From: Candidatus Levyibacteriota bacterium
Lineage (GTDB): Bacteria > Patescibacteriota > Microgenomatia > Levybacterales > UBA12049
DNA length: 64,000 nt
NCBI GenBank assembly: GCA_038253825.1
Contig: JBBSGT010000002.1
Span: 685 to 64,684 of the forward strand
Reading direction: 5' to 3'
This document shows, piece after piece, positions 9,905 to 18,624 of the stretch. Positions within the stretch are counted from its first letter, which is position 1; every line of letters starts with the position of its first letter. Both the position numbers and the translations under genes were made by a program. A model generated the notes under the pieces. The model did no database searches. It saw only the letters and a program-made list of their open reading frames with translations, and was not told where the DNA came from.

Positions 9905-10277
9905 CAACATGATACTGTTTAATATATATTGTTATTAATAACAATGATTAGGTAGGTAAATTTATCAAGTAAACCTAATTGCTGACCGCACACGGAGGCA
10001 TCGTTTTGTTAATAGAATTTTTCTATTAAGAGAAGGATGTCTTTTTTTGTTGGCATAATATATACAAAGTTTATATTTACTATTAATACAGTATAAAAAC
10101 TTATATATGAATAAAAAATACTACAAAAGGGAAATGAAATATCGTCAAAACGGAGTTTTCTTCACCTAATTTAATTAGATGAAGTGACCTCCGTTTTTTT
10201 CTGCTTGCAGAAGAGGACGGAATGAAGTGTTCTCGTCAAAGAGAAACTCTTTATATGAGAGGGGGTGAAAAGAAATT
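9901..10277 (+). promoter_or_regulatory. Promoter plus ~350-nt structured leader with two terminator-like hairpins and a strong RBS
   Basis: TTGACA at 9901; hairpin 9996-10042 + T-run; hairpin 10147-10197 + T-run; GAGAGGGGGTGAAAAGA before the ATG at 10278. Confidence 0.6.
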
Positions 10278-11519
10278 ATGACTTTTAATAAACGAATTAC
10301 AACAGCAATCGCAACAGGAGCAGTCTTAGTTAACGCTTTGGCTCCAGTCGCATTTGCGAACACACTTACTGTTTCAGGCAATGGCGCAACATCAAACAGT
10401 GCAGTCAATGTCACAAACAGTTCAAACGCAGTTGTTAATCAAACTAACAACGCAAACATTACTAATAATGTTTCATCAAATGCAACTACAGGTGATAACA
10501 GTTCAAACTTTAACACCGGTGGAAACACTACGATCAGAACAGGTAATGCAAATAACACCGTTAATGTCACAAACGCAGCGAACTTGAATCAAGCTTCTCT
10601 GTCAAATTGTGCATCATGCAACGGCGGAGCAACTAACGTTACTGTTTCAGGTAACGGAGCATTCAGTGATAACGATGGAAGTGTCAATAACACAAGCAAC
10701 GTTTTCCTGAATCAAAATAATGCAGCAAACTTCGACAACAATGTTACGGCTAACTCTACAACTGGTGCAAACGATGCATCGTACAACACAGGTGGAGATA
10801 GTGTTATCTTAACTGGAAACGCAAGAAACACTGTCGGTGTAAGTAACGAAGCTAACGCTAACGTTGCTCAACTCGGCGGCTCTAATGGTACTGCTGGATC
10901 AGCCAGTCTTATCATCAAAGACAACGGTGCATTCAGTGATAACAGTGTAGCTTTGAATCATAACTCAGCAGTTGTGCTGGGTCAAAGTAACGATGCTACT
11001 ATCAGTAACGATGTCGATGCAAATGCTAAAACCGGAAATAACTCATCACAATTCAACACAGGTGGATTCACTGGAATCTCAACTGGAAATGCTACAGACA
11101 AAGTTAACGTAGATAATATGGCTAACTTTAATGCAGCATCACTCGATTGTGGATGTGTTCTAGATGGAACTAACGTTAAAGTAGCAGGAAATGGTGCTGA
11201 ATCTGAGAATTCTGTAGATGCAGCAGCAAACAATGCTGTTTTTAACGATCAAGCTAATAGTGCTGACCTTGGAAACAATGTAAATGGTGATGCTAAAACG
11301 GGTTCTAACGACCTCGGATTTAGTACAGGAGATGTTACAGGTGACCCAGTCATCTACACAGGTGTTTCTAATTCAACCACCGGTGTAAACAACTCAGGTA
11401 ACGTCAATGTCTTAGGCAATGGCGGAACCACTATGCACCTTCCTTGGAACAATACTGAAGTAGGGACTTCATTTGACCTTTCAGGTCTTTGGACTCTTCT
11501 TCACGGCTGGATGGCATAA
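10278..11519 (+). CDS. Secreted Asn/Thr/Gly-rich protein with four ~90-aa repeats
   Basis: Signal peptide ending APVAFA; four units of GNGAxSxN...QxNxA...TGxN...NTGG...IxTGxA...NxxNxN. Confidence 0.85.
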   Translation: MTFNKRITTAIATGAVLVNALAPVAFANTLTVSGNGATSNSAVNVTNSSNAVVNQTNNANITNNVSSNATTGDNSSNFNTGGNTTIRTGNANNTVNVTNAANLNQASLSNCASCNGGATNVTVSGNGAFSDNDGSVNNTSNVFLNQNNAANFDNNVTANSTTGANDASYNTGGDSVILTGNARNTVGVSNEANANVAQLGGSNGTAGSASLIIKDNGAFSDNSVALNHNSAVVLGQSNDATISNDVDANAKTGNNSSQFNTGGFTGISTGNATDKVNVDNMANFNAASLDCGCVLDGTNVKVAGNGAESENSVDAAANNAVFNDQANSADLGNNVNGDAKTGSNDLGFSTGDVTGDPVIYTGVSNSTTGVNNSGNVNVLGNGGTTMHLPWNNTEVGTSFDLSGLWTLLHGWMA

Positions 11520-11522
11520 TAA

Positions 11523-11576
11523 TTTGTTCGGTAGTGGTGCTTTGCTAGCACTTCAGTAAGGCACCCTACCAACAAA
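11523..11576 (+). other. Intergenic stem-loop without U-tract
   Basis: TTTGTT-C-GGTAG-T-GGTGCTTTGCT pairs with AGTAAGGCACC-CTACC-AACAAA. Confidence 0.55.
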
Positions 11577-11641
11577 GAAAATAAGAATAGAGAATGAGGA
11601 ATGAAGAAAAACAATCTAACTATAACACAATTAATAAACAT

Positions 11642-13888
11642 ATGAAAAATTTACTTAAAAAATACATTGCAATAATCACAATCACAGCTGTACTTTTCTT
11701 ACAGGTAAGTCCTGCATTGGTACGGGCGGATGATGTATCTCCAGCACCAACTGTTTCTACAACACCTCCTATAGAACCAACAGCGCCGATTGCACCGACC
11801 GCTCCTGCAGCACCTGATCAAACATCTGGTAATACTGCAAATATCATACCAACTCCTACGCCTGATGCTGTGGCTGTTGCTCGAGATGCACAAAAAGCTG
11901 CAGCAAAAGCAGCATGGGAAGCAGCTTATTATGCTACCCCAACTCCTACTCCAGCAGGGGGCAATACAGGAGTCACTTCAAATGGAAATAACGGAAATAC
12001 AGCAATAAGTACAGGAATTGCAAACAATAATGGTTCAACTGTCACGACAGCGAACACAAATGGAGCAACCGTGCTGGGTGGAACAGGAAAAGGTTCAGGA
12101 TCATCAGCAGTTGTAAATAATGGCAATGGTGTAGGATCAAATAATAATGGTTCTTCGGCTTCAATTGTAAATAGTGACACTAATCAGAACAACAGTGCGC
12201 AGGTGGGTAATGTTTTAAATCAATCATCAACAACTGGATCAAATAATTCCTCAATAAATGTTGGTAATACAAGTATCAACTCCGGTAACTCGAACACTTC
12301 AGGAACAGCAGTTACAGCTGTTAATACGAATATGGCAGGGGTGCAAGTCTCTCAATTTGATGTCAATAATGATACAACGGGAGATCTCGTTCTTACACCA
12401 GAGATGTTTGCAGCCAATTGTGTCTCAAATTGTGGAGGAACAGGCAAGGTCTCCAATACAGGCAACGGGGCAAATTCAAATAATACGGCAGATGCGACAC
12501 AACAAATAAATGGTACGACATTTCAAAACAACGACGCAGCTGTCGGCAATAATATGACTTTGTCCGCAAATTCAGGTAATAACGCTACTTCCTATAACAC
12601 TGGTGGTGACAATACAATTACTACCGGGAATGCCAATGTTTCAGCAAATTCACTCGTATTTGCCAACAACAATATCGCAGGAAATGTTACTTACGGCGTC
12701 GTCAACCTCTACGGCAATCTTACCGGTGATATCGTTATTCCAGATTTTACGAATGGACCGGTCACCGGGACTGGTACTGGTACAACAACAGCAAATACTA
12801 ATAATGGAGCCGGTTCTACGAATAATACTGGTTCTGATAATATCGCTAACTCAAATACCTCCCAGAACAACGACGCAACCATTAACAATAATTTAATTAT
12901 CAATGGCACCACGGGTGGTAATAGTGCAAACGGAACAACAGATGGCAACACTACTCTCGTCACAGGAAGCACTAAGGTTGATGCAAATGTTCTTAATGTT
13001 GCAAATAATAACGTGGACGGTGGTAATATGTGGCTTGTTCTCGTCAACGATGCCGGGAATTGGGTAGGTCAGTTACTCGGTGCACCTGCAGGAGCTAATG
13101 CTGCTGCATCAGCAGGAACAACACTTTCTTATGGGCCTGACGGACAAATTACTGCCTCAAATGGTAGCAATGGAGCTGGCTCTACGAACAATACAAATGT
13201 GTCTAGTTCCACCAATAGTACAAACGGACAAAACAATAACGGAGTCATTAATAATACATTGAACTTATCCGCAAATACTGGCAATAATCAAGCAAATTAC
13301 AATACCGGTGGAAACAACACTATCAAAACCGGTAATGCAAACGTCGTTGCAAATATGGTCAACTTCGTCAACAATAACATCACAGGTACAGGTCATCTCT
13401 ATGTTGTTGTCGTGAATGTGTTCCATGATTGGCTGGGCAATTTAGTAACTCCAGGACAAACTGATCCAAATGATCCTGCCAAGGCAAAAAGCAACACGAC
13501 ACAAAGCGCACAAGCACTACAACCTACAGCAGCACCAACGAATAATACGACAACAACAACTGGACAGACAACTACTGACAGTGTCACACCTTCTGATGCT
13601 CCAGCTGGTACTGAGATAGCAACAAACAGTGGATCATCAACAATTTACTCTTCATCACATAACCGTGCAATAGTACATGGTGGTACAACCGGGAATTTAT
13701 CAAATGCTAAAGTAGCTGGTGCTAGTACCGACAATCCGAATGACAGTCACAATGCAGCTACAGTCCTGGGTGCACAAGATAGTAAAAAGATATTGACTAT
13801 TAACTTAGCATGGCTCTTACTCATTGTTCCGGTTATGCTCTTTGGATTACTTGGAAAGAAGCTACTCGTAAAACGCTTCGCAAAATAA
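11642..13888 (+). CDS. Membrane-anchored paralog of the Asn-rich repeat protein
   Basis: Signal peptide (ALVRA), Pro/Thr linker, at least four of the same repeats, Thr-rich stalk, VAGA/VLGA motifs, C-terminal TM and basic tail. Confidence 0.85.
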   Translation: MKNLLKKYIAIITITAVLFLQVSPALVRADDVSPAPTVSTTPPIEPTAPIAPTAPAAPDQTSGNTANIIPTPTPDAVAVARDAQKAAAKAAWEAAYYATPTPTPAGGNTGVTSNGNNGNTAISTGIANNNGSTVTTANTNGATVLGGTGKGSGSSAVVNNGNGVGSNNNGSSASIVNSDTNQNNSAQVGNVLNQSSTTGSNNSSINVGNTSINSGNSNTSGTAVTAVNTNMAGVQVSQFDVNNDTTGDLVLTPEMFAANCVSNCGGTGKVSNTGNGANSNNTADATQQINGTTFQNNDAAVGNNMTLSANSGNNATSYNTGGDNTITTGNANVSANSLVFANNNIAGNVTYGVVNLYGNLTGDIVIPDFTNGPVTGTGTGTTTANTNNGAGSTNNTGSDNIANSNTSQNNDATINNNLIINGTTGGNSANGTTDGNTTLVTGSTKVDANVLNVANNNVDGGNMWLVLVNDAGNWVGQLLGAPAGANAAASAGTTLSYGPDGQITASNGSNGAGSTNNTNVSSSTNSTNGQNNNGVINNTLNLSANTGNNQANYNTGGNNTIKTGNANVVANMVNFVNNNITGTGHLYVVVVNVFHDWLGNLVTPGQTDPNDPAKAKSNTTQSAQALQPTAAPTNNTTTTTGQTTTDSVTPSDAPAGTEIATNSGSSTIYSSSHNRAIVHGGTTGNLSNAKVAGASTDNPNDSHNAATVLGAQDSKKILTINLAWLLLIVPVMLFGLLGKKLLVKRFAK

Positions 13889-14257
13889 TGTTGTCCCCAT
13901 TGTAGAAGTTTATTTTTTAGAAGACATTGCCTTTTTAGGAAAGTTGTTGGTATAAAGTACTGTTGCAAACCAACCCCAATTCTTATCATTGTAACTCTTT
14001 GACATCCTGCCAATAGCCACTTTTATTATACGTTTTTGTATATACTTCCGTTGCAATGTCATTTGATACTTTTGGATCTTATGACGCAAACACCATCATA
14101 GCAGCCGTATCATTACTCAGTGAATCATAGTCTACTGCTTTTTTACCAACTAGTAGATAAACCGGACAAAGATCACACAAAACAATGAGTTATATTACAA
14201 ATAGAATTTAAGTTAATAAATATCGTTATATGACGTTTGTAGGATAAATAAATAGTG

Positions 14258-15859
14258 CTAGTTTATTCGTTTAAATATGAGGATATCTTGGGAGGTGTAG
14301 ACTTTCTTAAAATATTTATAAAGATCACCTTGAATTTTTGAGTTATTGTAAATTGCAGACCAAACTGCATCATTCTTTTGCATGACAATCCAGGTTGCAT
14401 ATTTTTCGGGATGTTTTAGCGATTCATCCCAATATGGTTTGTTTCCTACATAAATTACCTTTTGCATAGGAATTGTGCTTTGGGTAATACTTATCGTCCG
14501 AGCATAATCGTCAATGAGTACGAATCCCCCATCGTAATGTTCGTTAATAAATTGCTCTACGTTGGTCGGAACTTTATTGGCTGAAAGGCCATGTGTACCA
14601 TCAGCAAGCGTTATGACAGGGGTATCGCCCATAAAGAAAAGTGCTGTTTGTAATATAAGTAACATGATAAGCACAAGTTTCAAACTCTTATGTACTCTTG
14701 CAACAAGATAGCCAAAGAATACAGCCATAAAAGGAATTATCATAACACCATAGCGAACATTGAATAAATGATAATCAAAATGCTGTGGTGTCAAACCAGG
14801 AATAAAGATAACTGCCTGACCCAAAAAGAGTGAGACTACGTTAAAAACAAAAGGAACAAATAAGACCAAGAGTGTTCCAATTCTTGCTTTAGCAGAATTA
14901 CTTGCCAGAAAAACTATCGACCCAACAAGAGAAATAACGAAAATAAAGAATCCAGTGTTTGCTAGTGCTGTGTAGACATAATAAATAATTGATAAGAGCA
15001 GGTTATGATATGCAGGTAATTCACCTTTTGCCATCCAAGCGAGTTGTTGAGATTTTGCAGAATAAATACTATCAGTAAAATATAAAGGATCACCCAAAAT
15101 TAAACCGCCCCAAACGAACCAGCAAAGGATACCAAATCCGGCCAGGGTCACAAACAAAATCATATCTCCTTTTTGTCTGACAAAAAGTTTACGATTAAAA
15201 ATACCAGGAGAGATAACAATAAGTGTTTCGAAAAGAACGAGAAACCAACCATCATATCGTGTTAAAGATGCACCGAAAGCAAAAAGACCTGCAAGTATCA
15301 GCGAGGATAAAACGTGATTTCCATGAAGGTATTTAACAAAATAATAAGATGACAAGATGAAGAAAGCAATAAGGGGTATTTCAGTCATTGGGGTTGATTG
15401 CAAATATAAAATATTAAGATTCGTGGCAAAAATGGTAAATGCAATAAAAGATGCAAAGTTATGTTGTGTGATGAGTCTTGTGAGTTTAAAGATATAAATA
15501 CAAGCAATGACATAAAAAATACCTGAGATCAGTGAACCTGCAAGACCTGTACGCCATAAAGGATCTGCTATAACAAATGGCAGCATTAAAATATGCGTCA
15601 TCGGTAACCAAATGCCACCGAGTTGCGCAAACCCAGGTGTTAAACCGTTCACTACTTTTTTAGCGATATTGATATGTGATTCAGCGTCGCCGTAAGCAAG
15701 TATCCAGTGATTGATATACGAAATATACGTAGCAATAAACGCAGCACATATCGACAGGAGAAAAATCATTTTTTCCATATTTGTCGAAAAGAAAAGTTTT
15801 ATCTTTTTATTGAAACTCTCCATAAATGTTTGTTGTCTGGTGATAATAAAACTTTGCAT
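14258..15859 (-). CDS. GT-C-fold (PMT/ArnT-like) glycosyltransferase, paralog 1
   Basis: YGDAESH...TPGFAQLGGIWLP, QSTPMTE, TRYDGW, FNVRYG; multi-pass membrane protein. Confidence 0.75.
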   Translation of the reverse strand: MQSFIITRQQTFMESFNKKIKLFFSTNMEKMIFLLSICAAFIATYISYINHWILAYGDAESHINIAKKVVNGLTPGFAQLGGIWLPMTHILMLPFVIADPLWRTGLAGSLISGIFYVIACIYIFKLTRLITQHNFASFIAFTIFATNLNILYLQSTPMTEIPLIAFFILSSYYFVKYLHGNHVLSSLILAGLFAFGASLTRYDGWFLVLFETLIVISPGIFNRKLFVRQKGDMILFVTLAGFGILCWFVWGGLILGDPLYFTDSIYSAKSQQLAWMAKGELPAYHNLLLSIIYYVYTALANTGFFIFVISLVGSIVFLASNSAKARIGTLLVLFVPFVFNVVSLFLGQAVIFIPGLTPQHFDYHLFNVRYGVMIIPFMAVFFGYLVARVHKSLKLVLIMLLILQTALFFMGDTPVITLADGTHGLSANKVPTNVEQFINEHYDGGFVLIDDYARTISITQSTIPMQKVIYVGNKPYWDESLKHPEKYATWIVMQKNDAVWSAIYNNSKIQGDLYKYFKKVYTSQDILIFKRIN

Positions 15860-15863
15860 ACTT

Positions 15864-18080
15864 TTAAATACCTACCATATTTTTCGTTGCCAATTCTTTC
15901 TTTACTACTTGTTTCACTTGATCACTTGTTTCTTTAAGTTTAAGATGCAAACCGTGTTTTGTTTTTGACCAATGATGGGGTTTTACAATAAGTTGATATA
16001 AAGCAATCCATGATGCAATACTCATTGTTAGCCAGTAAAGTGGAACCAGAAAGACATACTGTATAAGATCGTAATGACCATGTTTTGCACAACCGATCAT
16101 GTAGTAATAAAGATATAAGAAATTACCCACTACCAATGAAAATACACCCATATAAAGAACAGGTGCTGGGAAAAAGGATTCAATAAAATCACCGACAAAA
16201 GGACGGAAAATAAAATAAGTCAACGTAATAAACCACATTAACGGATTGATAAAAAGTGAAAGTACTTTTCCACCTATTACCAGTTGGAATGTAATAAGAT
16301 GTACACGTTTATTACTTGGCAAAAAAGTTTTCAGATTTCTGGTATGAACGAGGTATGTTTGCATGTATCCCTTAATCCATCGTGAACGTTGTGCAAACCA
16401 GTTCATAAGGCTGCTATTTGCTTCTTCCAGTGTCTCTGAATCAACAATGGCTGTCGTATAACCTTCTTTAACCAACCGAATTCCAAGATCAGCATCTTCT
16501 GTCACATTAAAACTATCCCATCCTTTGAGTTTGTGTAAGTCTTTGGTTCTAAAATGGTTTGAAGTTCCACCAAGAGGAATTGGGGCTCCAATAGATTGCA
16601 ACCCCGTTAAAACAAGATCAAACCAAAGTGAATATTCAGCGGTAAAGACTCGAGTTAAGAAATTTTGTTGGGGATTATAGAAATTTAATTTGGCTTGGAC
16701 ACAAATCGTATTTCTTCGAGCTTTCGCAAAAGCTATGACTGATTTTTTTAGCTGCAATGGATCAGGTGCATCTTCAGCATCATAAATTACTGCATACTCT
16801 CCTGTCGCTTTGGTCAAACCATAATTACAAGCTTTTGGCTTGGTTTTTGGATAAGAGTGAGGAACAATAACAACTTCAAAATAAGAAGGCAAGTTAAATT
16901 TTGCGACTTGATCAATCGTCTCTTTATCATTTGCTTCCAACAGCAACATAACTTGTAATTTATCTTTGGGATAAATAAGTTTACTCATAGAGTTAACGAA
17001 TTGCGGGATCACCTGCCATTCCTTATAAAGTGGGCAAAAGACTGTGTAGCTAGGCCAAATGTGGTCAGGAATAGCTTGAATTTCTTCGATGGATACTTTA
17101 ATTTCTGCCGGTTTTACAAAGCTTCTGGTAATCAAATAAAGATTAAATAAGAGATCTATAAAATAAAGAAATGTTAAGACTGCGATAAATATAATAATAG
17201 TAGTGTGCCAGTTAATAATAAGTCCGGTCAGAAGTATAAGCAATGTGACAATTATATAGACTCCTTGTTGAAAGGTAATTCTCTGAAAAGCTGTCTCTGC
17301 TGGCTTTAATAATGAATAGTGAATGAATTCTTTTCCGTTATAGTGAAATCCATTTCCTTTTACTTTCCTTGTGTTGCGATGAAATGGGATAATTTCTTTT
17401 CCTTGAAATTTCATTTTTATGGCATTAATGCCGATTTCCCAACTCGATTTTAGTAAATGAATTTTTGTTTCACCTGAGGTGCGTTTTGCTAGTCGCATAT
17501 TTATGGTATCGATTTTGTAACCAGCATCTAAACTTTTTTTCAGAAATTCTAAATCAAATGTCCAAGGTGAAGGATAAATATGCAGTCGTTCTATAATTTC
17601 TTTCTTAAATATTTTTAAGCCTGACTGAATATCGAAGTTCAGTCCATGGAGAATTTTACCAAAAATATAAAGAAAGCTGCGGCTAAAAAAATTACGAATG
17701 AAAGTAGTATTACTGAGAATACGATTCGCTACAACGACATCAGCCCCTCGATTAATTTTATCAAGCATTTCAGGAATTGATTCAGGTTGATACTGCAAAT
17801 CACCGTCGATCATACAAAGAAGATCATATTGAGCATAACTAAATCCTTCAAGAAGCGACTGGGCCTTGCCTGGGATTCCTTGTTTAAGATATAGACGGAC
17901 AGGAAAACGCTGAGCAAAGTGTTTGACGACTGATTGTGTTTTGTCGCTTGAATGATCATCGACCACAATGATCTCGTAAGATATATTTTTGTGGTAAAGC
18001 GTATTATTAATACGCTCAATAAGATGTCCTATATTCCCTACTTCGTTCCAAGTAGGAATGATAATTGAAAGGCTTTGCAT
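15864..18080 (-). CDS. Fused DPM1-like GT2 + processive membrane GT2 synthase
   Basis: N-domain IIIPTWNE/VVDDHS/IDGDLQY; C-domain PKTKPKACNYGL, YDAED, TEDAD, QRSRW and TM helices. Confidence 0.88.
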   Translation of the reverse strand: MQSLSIIIPTWNEVGNIGHLIERINNTLYHKNISYEIIVVDDHSSDKTQSVVKHFAQRFPVRLYLKQGIPGKAQSLLEGFSYAQYDLLCMIDGDLQYQPESIPEMLDKINRGADVVVANRILSNTTFIRNFFSRSFLYIFGKILHGLNFDIQSGLKIFKKEIIERLHIYPSPWTFDLEFLKKSLDAGYKIDTINMRLAKRTSGETKIHLLKSSWEIGINAIKMKFQGKEIIPFHRNTRKVKGNGFHYNGKEFIHYSLLKPAETAFQRITFQQGVYIIVTLLILLTGLIINWHTTIIIFIAVLTFLYFIDLLFNLYLITRSFVKPAEIKVSIEEIQAIPDHIWPSYTVFCPLYKEWQVIPQFVNSMSKLIYPKDKLQVMLLLEANDKETIDQVAKFNLPSYFEVVIVPHSYPKTKPKACNYGLTKATGEYAVIYDAEDAPDPLQLKKSVIAFAKARRNTICVQAKLNFYNPQQNFLTRVFTAEYSLWFDLVLTGLQSIGAPIPLGGTSNHFRTKDLHKLKGWDSFNVTEDADLGIRLVKEGYTTAIVDSETLEEANSSLMNWFAQRSRWIKGYMQTYLVHTRNLKTFLPSNKRVHLITFQLVIGGKVLSLFINPLMWFITLTYFIFRPFVGDFIESFFPAPVLYMGVFSLVVGNFLYLYYYMIGCAKHGHYDLIQYVFLVPLYWLTMSIASWIALYQLIVKPHHWSKTKHGLHLKLKETSDQVKQVVKKELATKNMVGI

Positions 18081-18395
18081 ATTGTATTTACTTGTGAAAA
18101 CAAGATAGAGTTAGTCATAGTAGGCAGTAGAAACGATTATTTCGTTAAGCAAAAGTATATAGTATTTCTCCCAATAAAGCAAGCCTATAGCAAAATGTAG
18201 TAATTTTTTACAATAATATTAGTAAGTTCAATAATGAAAATAGGTATAACTTTCTGTTAGCTACTGAGGATAGAGAGCTTGTATTTTTTTAAAAAACTTT
18301 AATTTTACTTTATCAACTTAGAGTAATTAATATAATGTTTATATTTTTCACAGAGAAATTTCCACGCAAAATATCATACTATCAGATATTTGTCA

Positions 18396-18582
18396 TAATT
18401 CCTTATTGACATGAGGTAAAACTTTCTGTTATCTTATGTACTAAGACTGCCCCAAAAATAGGAGAATTTTAATTTACTACTTTACTATAAGACGGTTATA
18501 GTGTATAATACTCAAAATTAGGATTGGATAATTGCTGATGAAGCTAAAAAAATAATTAGCTTGTAAAAAATCCAGTCCTTTT
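18396..18582 (+). promoter_or_regulatory. Promoter(s) and leader hairpin of the main glycan operon
   Basis: TTGACA 18406 with TATCTT 18430; a second TATAAT at 18504; hairpin AGGATTGGAT..ATCCAGTCCT+TTT at 18520-18582. Confidence 0.5.
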
Positions 18583-18624
18583 ATGATAATTTATCAGCTC
18601 ATAGTATCATACATTGCAAAATAT

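Noticed and set aside
10278-13888. Ice-nucleation, RTX or true CsgA/FapC identity
   Set aside because: No AGYGSTxT octamers or GGxGxD nonamers, and the ~90-aa unit is much longer than CsgA or FapC repeats; only an analogy is claimed.
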